From Nemertoderma westbladi (taxonomy: Eukaryota > Animalia > Xenacoelomorpha), in contig JAUCBJ010000193.1 in the NCBI GenBank assembly GCA_032718475.1, forward strand, positions 38,346 through 102,345: a stretch of DNA of 64,000 nt, written 5' to 3'. The translations under genes and the position numbers were made by a program. This document shows, one piece after another, positions 12,038 through 24,582 of the stretch (positions are counted from its first letter, which is position 1; each line of letters begins with the position of its first letter). The notes beneath the pieces were generated by a model. That model was not told where the DNA came from, did no database searches, and was given only the letters and a program-made list of their open reading frames with translations.

Positions 12038-12542
12038 CTGATCCACTCCATCAGTAGCTGCTTGTAGATTCTTGTAGAGTTGTTGGTCGGGGTGGAACAT
12101 GAGAGTAGCCTCCAACTCCAGAATCCCTCTCCCCCTCACAACCTGGCCTCCCTGGTGACCCAGGGTTTGGGCCAGAAAGGTTATCAGGAAAGGGACTCAA
12201 AGAATTGTTTGCCGCTCTCTCTCCAGTAGGGGGTGAGACAGGCAGCCGGTCAGGAGATAACTGACGCCTGTGAGGCCGATTGTGTCCAGTCATTCCACTG
12301 GCCTCTAGTGGCTGGACCTCCGCATTACTAATGTAATCCATAGTGGGGGTTGGGGGTGCTTTTTTGCCGAGTCAGCTCTCGGGGCAAATACCACACCCTG
12401 GTTTGCCATTCCACAGGGTGGGTGTCACAGTGGAGTCAGATATGAGGCCCATCACCCATATCTACTCTGGCGCACATGACCCACCATTGGCCATGCAGCT
12501 CATCTGCTGGGTCATGCCCTGTACCCCTGCTGCCAGGTGCAG
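12038..12542 (-). mobile_element. 5' portion of RTE copy 2 (ORF start and partial 5'UTR)
   Basis: Matches copy 1 from about 3601 to 4065 and carries the same deletion junction as 9061-9090. Confidence 0.82.
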
Positions 12543-13430
12543 ATTTGTTTCAGTATCTGCCGGGATTGCACCATAGTGTTTATTTATGCAAATCTAAAAC
12601 ATGTGGAACTGGGCGGATTTGTGTGGGAGGCAGGGATTTCCATTGCACGTTAACTTAATATATATTTATTTCCATACCACATAAACATGTGTCAAGCATT
12701 AGATATGTAAAATATAGAATAACGTCAAGCGTGACCTGGCTCCTAAAACGTCCCGCAATATAAGCAAAAAACACTAGGTCCTAGTTAAAAAGTCATCTAT
12801 TTCAATGGAAATTCAAATACCCCGCCAATAAACAGTTGTGTTGCTAGGATATTTTCACAACATATTGATGTGAATTTAGCTCATCTCCTTTCAGCCTTTA
12901 GGCCTACCGGTACCGGTACATACCATTGTTGAATTTTACATCCACACTTATACATTGCTGACTGGTAGCATGGCCATGCTGGTAGGCTTGCAGCACTGAT
13001 TAATTACTGAATTTCTGTCTCAATTTTGCAATTTAATTTTACATTATTGAATAGGCCTACGTGAATACAGAGTACATTGAGTTACGTTACTCCTGTGCTG
13101 TAGGTACTGCTGTACTGCTACCGGTACCGGTATCTGCTATCTGGTAGTTATACCGTATTGCAGAGTAAGAGAGTCAAGCTGAAGCTGTAAGGTTAACTTA
13201 CTAAACTGTCAAACGTTAGACCCATAATTTAATTAAATATACGTATTAGGCCTATATTATAAAGTAATATATATATATAATATATATTAGACCATTACAC
13301 AAATTAAAATTACAAATTCAAATACCCACCACCACACAAAACGACTCAGAACTGGTCTGCCAGCCCCACACCTCGCAGACCGGCCCCGTCCCCGAAACCC
13401 AAGCCTCGCCACGACCGTCGGCCGCCCCGG

Positions 13431-14860
13431 CGTTAGACCCATTGGCAAAGAAAGCCAATCGAATAACTGGCCTTATTGTCGAACCTTTAAACATCTGGAC
13501 AGTGTCACGCTATTAAACTTAGGCCTATTCAAAGCCCTCGTAAGACCAATTCTAGAATATGCATCCCCAGTATGGTCGCCACAACGTGTAAATGAAATAC
13601 GACTTTTGGAATCTGTCCAACGTCGGGTGACCAGACTATTTCCTAATCTCCGTGACTTAGCCTATCCGGAAAGATTAAAGCGACTAGGTCTCCCGACCCT
13701 TGAGTATGGCCGTTATCGCGCCGACCTCATCCAGGTGTACCGTTATCTTGCGGGTATCGACAACGCTGACTGCAGCATGTTCGAACTTTCCACGACTGGT
13801 TTACGCGGCCGCTCATTCAAGCTCCAGAAACCCCGTGCTCGGCTGCTGCAGAGAAACACGACATTCCACTTCCGAGTCATCGATCCCTGGAACTCGCTAT
13901 CCAATGCCGTTGTAACCGCCCCCAACCTTAACTCTTTTAAAACCCGTTTGAACTCCCACTTTAAAGATTTCCCGCTTAAGTTTACCCCATCATGGTGGTC
14001 CATGTAAAAGTAAAATATCTTCCATAGTAACTCGTAACTTTTTGCTCTTTTTACTTATTAACTTTTAATATTTTTCTCGCCTTAATTAAAACTTTTATCA
14101 CCACTTTTTAACTTTTTCTAACCTTAATTAAATCTTTACATCACCACTTTTTAACTAACTTTTTTTAACCTCTATTAAAACTTTTTATCGCCATTTAATT
14201 ATACACATTAGACCTCATTAATATTTAATCTTTTAATCTTATATATCTATATAGATATATATATCTTATATATATATATTGTATATATATATATTATAGG
14301 GATATATATTGTATATATATATATATATATATCTTATATTTAATCTTAATAAATAATTGACAAACTGCATTTATTTATTTTGATCCTATATAATCGACGT
14401 TTTTAACTATGTACATTTAATAGTTTTTACTCGCGGCTTTACTGTTCTTTCTTAATTTAATTTCTAACTTTCTTTTAATTTTAACCAAATAATTAAATAT
14501 AAGTTTTAAAAATTGCAACCTATAATTAAATCAAGTTTTTAAATATATAAATTTGTTTGTCCTATTTGTGTAAACCATAATTTTATTTCACGTTCGACTT
14601 TGTGTAATTTAAGATATTTTTAAGCCCTACGCTCCACAGCCATAATTTAAATTACTTTACACATGTTTTTTTTAAGTATGATTTTATGCTACATATACTT
14701 TCGTTTACGTACTCTCCTATCAACATTAATTAGTGTTAGGTAGTAGTAGGTAAGGTACTTAGTTTGTTTTAGTTTAAATATTTTGACAGTAGTTTTATAT
14801 TATGTCTGCACAGGTGCAATAAGCTTCTGCTTCTTCCACCTCAATATTAAACATTAAACA
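13431..14860 (+). mobile_element. 5'-truncated CR1-group LINE (RT C-terminus plus AT-rich 3'UTR)
   Basis: KALVRPILEYASPVWSP..ESVQRR.TR...YPERLKRLGLPTLE...PWNSL...VV.AP.LN.FK.RL. Ends in an (ATTAAAC)2-like tail near 14845-14860. Confidence 0.8.
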
Positions 14861-14989
14861 ACGTTTGAAAGTTGGACTAAATAATTAGACCTACATGCCG
14901 ATGCCGAGGCGAAAACAAACAATTATAGAATTAGCATCCTGGAAAGATAGGAATTGCTTAGGCCTCCTTAGTCAATAATAATATAAAAC

Positions 14990-15302
14990 AATACTATGTA
15001 CTATACTATACTACAATACTATGTACTATACTATACTACAATACTATGTACTATACTATACTACAATAATATGTACTATACTATACTACAATACTATGTA
15101 CTATACTATACTACAATAATATGTACTATACTATACTACAATACTATGTACTATACTATACTACAATACTATGTACTATACTATACTACAATACTATGTA
15201 CTATACTATACTACAATACTATGTACTATACTATACTACAATACTATGTACTATACTATACTACAATACTATGTACTATACTCTACTATACTATACTATA
15301 CT
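14990..15302. repeat. 25-bp tandem repeat (ATACTATGTACTATACTATACTACA), about 12 copies
   Basis: Direct periodicity visible; about 700 bp upstream of the CEP290 ATG. Confidence 0.95.
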
Positions 15303-16010
15303 CACGACAGGTGCCCACCTATCGTGGTGCCCACCTATCTTGATATCCGATATTGCTATTACACGGGCCTCCGGCCGGACAGAGTTTATCTCCACTGAAC
15401 TGCACCAGAGTTTCGGTAAGGTACTCCACGGGGAACGTGGCGCTAATCCCATCCCAGCAAATTAATTTCTCGACTAAATGTTAAATTGTGTATGGGAAAG
15501 GAGCAGGCTACAATAGCACATTATTCTAACCAAAACAATAATAAACGAAAGCACATGTTACAGTTTTATTTTTGAGCACTGGTACCTTACATCTGTATAT
15601 TATTACGAAGTGATTTCATTGATGTCATATTCCGGTACTAAATATAAAAACACAATTAATTATTAATTTATTATTAATTTATTTATGTATCGAATTACCA
15701 CTACTAACATATAAATATACCATGATATGCAAATCTGTTTTATTTTCCAAGTATAGGCCTACCTACTCACCCTCCTACCCAGTTTTTTTTTAATATTTAA
15801 ACTGTCAAAGGTTTATGTAAAAAAAAAACTACTTGAGTTATGACGCGATCAATTTCTTACAGTACCGTATATATATATATAAATAACACTGATTATTAAT
15901 TATTAGTTCATTGCGCATATGGTATGCAATTTTGCTGAGTAAACTTATTGAATTGAATCCATCATCAACACCGCATATAAACGTGGGCGGTTGTGACGGA
16001 CTCCTTCGCA

Positions 16011-16199
16011 ATGGCGCCAAAAGTCAATTGGAAGGAGCTTGCCAAGGAGGACCTAGATAATCTGTCTGTAGAAAAAGTTGACGAGTTGGCTGTGATGATA
16101 GAAACATTCGATGCTGATGATGACGATGACGTGGGACACCTAACACTTATCGTTAAATTGGCCCAGGCAGTTATCCCCGCCACTGGGGAACAGCTAAAG
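16011..16199 (+). CDS. CEP290: CEP290 coding exon 1 (63 codons, phase 0)
   Basis: MAPKVNWKELAKEDLDNL... resembles the CEP290 N-terminus (human MPPNINWKEIMKVDPDDL). Ends AAG|GTAAGC at 16199/16200. Confidence 0.82.
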
Positions 16200-19100
16200 G
16201 TAAGCTCAAGCAATCACTCACGCCACAGTAGATCAACTAAAGGCAAGCTCAAGCAATCACTCACACCACAGTAGTTCAGTTAAAGATAAGCTTAAGCAAT
16301 CAAACAACCACAGTAGATCAGCTAAAGGCAAGCTCAAGCAATCAAACAACCACAGTAGATCAGCTAAAGGTAAGCTCAAGCAATCACTCACACCACAGTA
16401 GATCAGCTAAAGGTAAGCTCAAACTATCACACACACCGCAGTAGATCAGCTAAAGGTAAGCTCAAGCCATCAAACAACCACAGTAGATCAGCTAAAGGTA
16501 AGCTCAAGCAATCACTCACACCACAGTAGATCAACTAAGGTAAGCTCAAGCAATCACTCACACTACAACAGTAGATAAGCTAATGTAAGCTCAAGCAATC
16601 AAAAAACCACAGTAGATCAGATAAAGGTAAGCTCAAGCATTCACTTACACCACAGTAGATCAGTTAAACGTAAGCTCAAGCAATCACTTACACCACAGTA
16701 GATCAGCTAAAGGTAAGCTCAAGCAATCAAACAACCACAGTAGATCAGCTAAAGATAAGCTCAAGCAATCACTCACACTACAACAGTAGATAAGCTAATG
16801 TAAGCTCAAGCAATCAAAAAACCACAGTAGATCAGATAAAGGTAAGCTCAAGCATTCACTTACACCACAGTAGATCAGTTAAACGTAAGCTCAAGCAATC
16901 ACTCACACCACAGTAGATCAACTAAGGTAAGCTCAAGCAATCAATCACACTACAGTAGATTCAGCTAAGGTAAGCTCAAGCAACCAAACAACTACAGTAG
17001 ATCAGATAAGGTAAGATCAACAAATCAAACAACCACAGTAGATCAGCTAAAGGTAAGCTCAAGCAATCAATCACACTACAACAGTAGATCAGCTAAGGTA
17101 AGCTCAAGCAATCACGCACACCACAGTAGTTCAGTTAAAGATAAGCTCAAGCAATCAAACAACCACAGTAGATCAGCTAAAGGTAAGCTCAAGCAATCAC
17201 ACACACCACAGTAGATCAGCTAAAGGTAAGCTCAAGCAATCACTCACACCACAGTAGATCATCTAAAGGTAAGCTCAAGCAATCAAACATACCACAGAAG
17301 CTAAAGGTAAGCTCAAGCAATCACACACACTACAGTAGATCAGCTAATGTAAGCTCAAACAATCACTCACACCACAGTAGATCAGCTAAAGGTAAGCTCA
17401 AGCAATCAATTACACCACAGTAGATTAGCAAAAGGTAAGCTCAAGCAATCAAACAACCACAGTAAATCAGCTAAAGATAAGCTCAAGCAATCACTCTCAC
17501 CACAGTAGTTCAGCTAAAGGGAAGCTCAAGCAATCAAACACACCACAGTAGCTAAAGGTAAGCTCATGCAATCACTGACACCACACAGTAGAACAGCTAA
17601 AGGTAAACTCAAGCAATCACTCTCACACAGCAGAACAGCTAAAGGGAAGCTCAAGCAATCACTCACACCACAGTAGATCAGGTAAAGATAAGCTCAAGCA
17701 ATCAATTACACCACAGTAGATTAGCAAAAGGTAAGCTCAAGCAATCAAACAACCACAGTAAATCAGCTAAAGATAAGCTCAAGCAATCACTCACACCACA
17801 GTAGTTCAGCTAAAGGGAAGCTCAAGCAATAAAACAACCACAGTAGATCACCTAAAGATAGACTCAAGCAATCACTCACACACATAGTAGATCAGCTAAA
17901 GGTAAGCTCAAGCAATCACTCACACCACAGTAGTTCAGCTAAAGGTAGGCTCAAGCAATGAAACACAACACAGTAGATCAGCTAAAGATAAGCTCAAGCA
18001 ATCACTCACATCACAGTAGTTCAGCTAAAGATAAGCTCAAGCAATCACTCACACCACAGTAGATCAACTAAGGTAAGCTCAAGCAATCAAACAACCACAA
18101 TAGATCAGCTAAAGGTAAGCTCAAGCAATCACTCACGCCACAGTATATAGTTCAGCTAAAGATAAGCTCAAGCAATCACTCACACCACAGTAGATCAACT
18201 AAGGTAAGCTCAAGCAATCAAACAACCACAGTAGATCAGCTAAAGGAAAGCTCAAGCAATCACTCACACCACAGTAGATCAGCTAAAGGTAAGCTCAAGC
18301 AATCACTCACACCACAGTAGATCAACTAAGGTAAGCTCAAGCAATCAAACAACCACAGTAGATCAGCTAAAGGTAAGCTCAAGCAATCACTCACACCACA
18401 ATAGATCAGCTAAGGTAAGCCCAAGCAATCACTCACACCACAGTAGATCAGCTAAAGGTAAGCTCAAGCAATCAAACACACCACAGTAGATCAGCTAAAG
18501 GTAAGCTCAAGCAATCACTCACACCACAGTAGATCAACTAAGGTAAGCTCAAGCAATCAAACAACCACAGTAGATCAGCTAAAGGTAAGCTCAAGCAATC
18601 AAACACACCACAGTAGATCAGCTAAAGGTAAGCTCAAGCAATCAATTACACCACAGTAGATTAGCAAAAGGTAAGCTCAAGCAATCAAACAACCACAGTA
18701 GATCAGCTAAAGATAAGCTCAAACAATCACACACAGCCAATGTAGATCAGCTCAAGGTAAGCTCAAGCAATCAAACACACCACAGTAGAACACCTAAAGG
18801 TAAGCTCAAGCAATCAAACACACCACAGTAGATCAGGTAAAGATAAGCTCAAGCAATCACCCACGCCACAGTAGATCAGGTAAAGATAAGCTCAAGCAAT
18901 CACTCACACCACAGCAGATCAGCTAAAGATAAGCTCAGGCAATCACTCGCACCACAGTAGATCAGCTAAAGGTAAGCTCAGGCAATCACTCACACCACAG
19001 TAGGTCAGCTCAAGGTAAGCTCAAGCAATCAAACACACCACAGTAGAACACCTAAAGGTAAGCTCAAGCAATCACTCACACCACAGTAGGTCAGCTCAAG

Positions 19101-19550
19101 GTAAGCTCAAGCAATCAAACACACCACAGTAGAACACCTAAAGGTAAGCTCAAGCAATCAAACACACCACAGTAGCTAAAGGTAAGCTCATGCAATCACT
19201 GACACCACAATAGAACAGCTAAAGGTAAGCTCAAGCAATCACTCTCACACAGCAGAACAGCTAAAAGGAAGCTCAAGCAATCACCCACACCACAGTAGAT
19301 CAGGTAAAGATAAGCTCAAGCAATCACCCACACCACAGTAGATCAGGTAAAGATAAGCTCAAGCAATCACTCACACCACAGCAGATCAGCTAAAGATAAG
19401 CTCAGGCAATCACTCGCACCACAGTAGATCAGCTAAAGGTAAGCTCAGGCAATCACTCACACCACAGCAGATCAGCTAAAGATAAGCTCAAGCAATCACT
19501 CACACACAGCAGAACAGCTAAAGATAAGCTCAGGCAATCAAGATCATCTA
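16191..19550. repeat. 42-43-bp tandem array, about 80 copies, unit CAGCTAAAG|GTAAGCTCAAGCAATCACTCACACCACAGTAGAT
   Basis: Direct periodicity. The unit spans the exon-1/intron-1 junction and fills more than 90% of intron 1. Confidence 0.96.
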
Positions 19551-19838
19551 AAGATGACCCGGACCTGGCAGAATATTTATTATATTCTATTTAGTTATAG
19601 TTAAACAAAGTTATTATATTCTATTAAGTTATTCCCATAGAGTGTTTCTGTATTTAACATTACTATTATTATAATTATTATAAATGATTGTGGGGCTTAG
19701 CGGCAGAGCGCGGTGGTTAGGTCAAGTTCAGGAGGCTGATGATCAAGTATAAACTCAGGTTAACTTTTTGCAAAGTCAACTAAAGCATTGAATATCAAAC
19801 TAAACTCAGATCATATCACCGTTGTAATATTTTTTTAG

Positions 19839-19943
19839 GAGACGGAAGATGTTCTGAAGGACACCACCATGGATCATATGAGAGAAACCCGAGAATTGAA
19901 GGAACAAATTGAGACCCTAAATAAGAAGTTGGATAAACAAAAG
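19839..19943 (+). CDS. CEP290: CEP290 coding exon 2 (35 codons, phase 0/0): ETEDVLKDTTMDHMRETRELKEQIETLNKKLDKQK
   Basis: Acceptor TTTTTTTAG|GAG and donor AAG|GTTAGT. Open, coiled-coil-like frame whose length and phase exactly bridge exons 1 and 3. Confidence 0.75.
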
Positions 19944-20558
19944 GTTAGTAATCGAGCCACTGAGTTAGTGATCGAGCCACTGAGTTAGTGATCGATCCAT
20001 TACGTTAGTGATCGAGCCATTGAGTTAGTAATCGAGCCACTGAGTTAGTGATCGAGTCACTGAGTTAGTATTCGATCCATTAAGTTAGTGATCGAGCCAT
20101 TGAGTTAGTAATCGAGCCACTGAGTTAGTGATCGAGTCACTGAGTTAGTATTCGAGCTATTTAGTTAGTGATCGAGTTAGTGATCGAGCCACTGAGTTAT
20201 TGATCGAGCTATTGAGTTAGTGATCGAGCCACTGAGTTAGTGATCGAGCCACTGAGTTATTGATCGAGCCATTGAGTTAGTGATCGAGCCACTGAGTTAT
20301 TGATTGAGCCATTGTGTTAGTGATCCAGCCACTGAGTTAGTGATCGAGCCGCTGAGTTAGTGATCGAGCCACTGAGGTATTGATCGAACCATTGAGTTAG
20401 TGATCGAGCCACTGAGTTAGTGATCGAGCCGCTGAGTTAGTGATCGAGCCACTGAGGTATTGATCGAACCATTGAGTTAGTGATCAAGCCACTGAGTTAT
20501 TGATCGAGCCATTGTGTTAGTGATCGAGCCATTGAGTTCGTGATCGAGCCACTGAGTT
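19944..20558. repeat. 20-bp tandem array (GTTAGTGATCGAGCCACTGA), about 30 copies, starting at the intron-2 donor
   Basis: Direct periodicity; the first unit begins with the donor GTTAGT. Confidence 0.95.
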
Positions 20559-20559
20559 C

Positions 20560-20879
20560 TATCTCCTACGGTACTATGTACCCTACTATTACTTCTATGG
20601 TATACCTATATACCATACCCTTTACTCTCTTACTACGTGGCGCTCTCGGTGCCCACAACTTCTAACTCGCTATGTACCTTACTTAGTACTACGTACTACC
20701 TACTACTATTACTTTCTACTATCTTATTACTTATTTTTTTATTTGCTTGTTTTATTTATTTTTTATATTTTTATGTGTGAGAAGGGCGTCTCGCCCTCAT
20801 TCCCACCCCCCTCAGTCCAACATATTGGACGACTAAACTCTAAGGCGACCCTTCCAATAGGCAACACTTTCCTGCCGCC
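20560..20879 (-). mobile_element. 3' end of the outer BEL/Pao element: last integrase codons, PPT and start of a putative 3' LTR
   Basis: The - strand reads ...GKCCLLEGSP*, then the purine tract GAGGGGGGTGGGAA, then TGAGGGCGAGACGCCC. Homologous to 26400-26700. Confidence 0.65.
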
Positions 20880-21488
20880 TTACTACTACTACTGCTACTA
20901 GGATCGGCATGCTGCATTGCAGCTGCATTTTTAAGAATGCTGTGCCGGCTTGTCAACAAAATTGCACCGCTACAACTCCATATCACCCATGACATTTGCT
21001 AGATCATCTGCATCTTTAAGGCCAGTGTCCTTTAAGATGCGTCTCAAGAAAGTCATGGGCTGTCCACCATGCTTATTCACTCCTAGAGGCTGCCAAAGTA
21101 CAAGATTATGCACTGGCTGGTCCTCACGGCAAAAGCAATGTCCTGCAAAGTCCTTTTGTTCTAGTGTCAAGCTTGGGGGAACCAATGAGACACCTCCAAT
21201 GTTATATAGTGTCTCGTTGGAGATGTGTGCATTGTACTTGACACAATGAACCCGGCGTAGCAATCTTGTGAATGTGCCATCCAGAGATTTGGTGTCCTCA
21301 GCAGTTAGAGCCCAACATGGACTCCCGTAGAGGAGTACTGGAACTACTGCTGCTCTAAATAATTGGACCTGAAGTTTCTGATTAATTCTCGGTGACTTCC
21401 AAATCCTGGAAAGCCTATTCAAGGCTGCCCATGCCTTTCCCTTACGTATTCGAAGGTCCTCACCTGACTTCCGGATCCATGATCCCAG
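20880..21488 (-). mobile_element. RTE copy 4, 3' fragment inserted in the BEL integrase end
   Basis: TAG tail plus last about 600 nt of the family. Short duplication GCCGCC (20874-20879 / 21488-21493). Confidence 0.9.
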
Positions 21489-23483
21489 CCGCCCTCCTGT
21501 AGGTCTTCCTATCTTTGGCCCCTATCTTCCCTCCTATCCCTCCTTCCACCGACCTAATTCTTCCGTCCTCGTCAGGGTAAGTATCTACCACTCTCGCTAG
21601 TCTCCATTGGTTATTGATAATTGTGTCGTCTGTGACGATTACCAAGTCACCCTTCTTTAACTCTCTGCTAGTATTCCTCCACTTACTCCTTCTATGTAGT
21701 GTCGGAAGATACTCTTCTATCCATCTTGTCCAATACTCCGCACTTATTTCCTTGGCGACTTTCCAGCTTTGACGTGAGTGTATGTCGTCTGGATCTACAC
21801 CCCTCATGTCGCATTGTCGCCGGCCTTTTCATGAGTAAATGACTTGGTGTAGGACGCCAGTGATTCCGGGTCGTCGTTCTCGGGGTATAGCGGTCTGCTA
21901 TTAATGATTCCCTCGCACTTGGCTAACACTGTTCTTAATACGTCTTTGGTGACCATATGGTTGTTCATCAGTTTGGTCATCAGGCGTTTGGAGCTTCCCA
22001 CAAGTCTCTCCACACACCCTAATGTATGCGGCGCGTAAGGCATTCTCTTTTCCCACTTTATGAGATGTCTTCTCATAGCCGCCCTGACATCGTCTCCCTC
22101 TAGGATGTCGAAGGCCTCGGCCAACTCGTTCTCTGCTCCCACGAAGTTGGTCCCGTTATCCGAATATAACACCTCTACCGTCCCCCCTCTGCGGGTTACA
22201 AACCTCTCTAAGGCATTAATAAATGCCAACGCCGTAGTGTCCTGTGCAAGATCTATTCCCACCGCTCTCGTGTTGTTGCAGACAAAGATAATGCCGTAGC
22301 GTTTCTATGTGTGCCGCATCACCTTTATCTTTATTGGCCCGAACATGTCCATGCCGCAGTGTGTAAATGGTGGGTCGTGATTCCTCACTCTGTTGTCCGG
22401 TAATGGCACCATCTCCTGTACGGCCCTCTCCTTTCTCGTCCGTTGGTAGGTCTGGCACTGCCCCACTACCGCCTTTACCATCTTCCTAAGTTGGATAATC
22501 CAGAACGTCCTCCGTATCTTCGTGAGGGTCTGATTGGTGCCTCCGTGTACTATCGATTTATGGGAGTCCCATATGATCTGGTGGACTATTGGTGATTTAT
22601 TGGGGATTAATATGGGTTTTGGTGGAATAACTGGGCTGTTGTTGTTTACCACTCTGGAATTCATCACCAGGATTCCGTCATCGTTCAACTGCGGAGACAG
22701 CGGGTTGAGTTCGCTGTCTCGATGAAGGTGCTGTTGCTTGCTGACTCTGTCCACTTCGTCGGCGTACCTCTTCCTTTGCTCGTATCGCATCACGGCTTTA
22801 GCCGCTCCTTTCAGATCAATAGTTGGTGTCCTTTTGGTATCCTTGCCAACTCCCCTGAGGAAATCCCCATAGGCCCTCAAATATGCTACCAACTTCTTAG
22901 TCTTGTACCAGCTGGAGCTGTAACTGAGCAACCTATCTGTTGGATTATCGCATGGTTCCCTCGATTTCGGTGGCACCTCATTAATCTCCCTCGCCAACTG
23001 GCTGTATATCTCTTCCCCTTCTGAATCCTCTCCCTCCTCTTCTGCTACTACTTCCTCCGTGCCTGGGTCCTCCTTCCTCATTGGTGGCCAGGTCAATCTA
23101 TCGTTAAGAAAGCGTGGCCCATGTTGCCACAACAGATCTGCTGGATTGTCATTGGTTGGGCAGTAGTGCCACCTTTCCAGATCATTCGTTGCCCTTATCT
23201 CGTCTACCCTGTTCACGACAAATATAGGGTACTTTGTCTTCTCGTTGTGTAGCCACCCTGACACTACCATGGAGTCCGTGGTAGTGTGTCTCCACTATGT
23301 CGGGTATAGTGTCCATCAAGTAAGCTGTCGCCCTTACTCCTAACCTCGCAGCTGTCAGCTCGAGTTTCGGCACTGATGCTGAATCTGGTGGCGTCGACTT
23401 TGCTTTACTAAATGCAAGCCTGGGCTTATGAGCCCCGTTTTGCTGTACCAAATAAAGTGCCACTCCATACACTTCTATGGATG
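21489..23483 (-). pseudogene. BEL/Pao pol remnant (RNase H and integrase), frameshifted; continues at 32176-32244
   Basis: VPKLELTAA, W.YCPT.DNPAD, H...HGG, GMDMFGP, SDNGTNFVG, ERLV and W..EYLP.L..RSKW motifs. The RNase H motif LHMFSDAS|IEVYGVA is split exactly by the inner LTR element. Confidence 0.9.
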
Positions 23484-24017
23484 TGTGACGGGATCGGTCG
23501 ACCCCGATTTATCCGGTTTGGTTGTTTGCTTACGCGTCCCCGCCATGTGTAAAAGGAGTTATTGTAGTTCTCCCGATGTTGTTAATAATATATGTCGGTA
23601 CGTATATGATAATATGAGATAACTGAGTTAGCATGTAATAGGCCTAAGTATACAGCAGTACTGATGGATGATGGTAGCGACGACGGTAACAAAGTCACCG
23701 CTCTGCCCTGACTGCACTGAGATAACTGAAGTGAATGAATAGCACGACTGGTAATATATTGCACGGTTGGCCATGTTGCTCTACTCAGTCGATGCTTCCC
23801 CCCTATTGGCTAATATCCTTGTTGGCGCCCTTTGGAGTATTTCCCTTTACTCCTGTTATTCTCTCTCTGTTAGGGGTTTGGCCCCTGACCCTTATTGTGT
23901 GTTTCTCCTTCCCACTCTGTTGGGATGGCACGAGGTTGGGTAATTAACCTCGTGCTCCCGATATTGCTTAATGGTTTACTTTATGGGGTTTGGTGAGGCG
24001 GAATTGATTCGCTAACA
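23484..24017 (-). repeat. 3' LTR (534 bp)
   Basis: TGTGACG...GCTAACA; about 5 substitutions relative to 31642-32175 by eye. Confidence 0.93.
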
Positions 24018-24582
24018 CTCCCCCCCCATGCTATCTTCCCGGTGAGAAGATAGCATCAACCTCTAAGTGCGCTTCAATTCCGCTGGAACTCGATCTATTA
24101 TCGGGTGTGGGGTGGAGTTATTTTCTTGTGGAGTCGGCTTTCCAGGCCGCTCCCTATGGGTATGATCTCACTACCCTCTGGCGTCTCGTGTCGGGCCGAT
24201 CGTGCGCTTCTCTCACACAATTTTTGTTTCCCCAACACTCTCACCACTCTAACTCCGCTCTCTGACTCAACTCGCTCTTACCCTCTCCCCACACCTGAAT
24301 CGCACTCTTCTCTCTCGCCAACAGCTCCTTTCACTATCTCCTCTCTACTCCCTGCCACTCTCTAAGGCCCTGACCTCTAATGCTACCCCTGTGCTATCAT
24401 ACTATCTACCTTATCTAAGGTCTAACTTGCTAGCTATCTAACTTCTCTAACTCTAACTAACTCCTAACTCTACTAACTACTAACTCTACTCTCTGCTAAC
24501 TCTTACTACTTTTAGCTCTAACTAAAAGCCTCTAACTTTCTACTAACTCTAACTAGAACTCTCTAACTCTCTGCTAAGTCTA

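Noticed and set aside
14996-15465. Tyr/Thr-rich ORFs
   Set aside because: Translation of the 25-bp repeat.
15750-15790. Donor-like GTGAGT on the - strand suggesting a divergent gene
   Set aside because: No supporting exon or ORF can be identified in the window.
16191-19550. CRISPR-like appearance of the 43-bp array (also the 25-bp and 41-bp arrays)
   Set aside because: There are no unique spacers and no cas genes, and the context is eukaryotic; these are tandem satellites.
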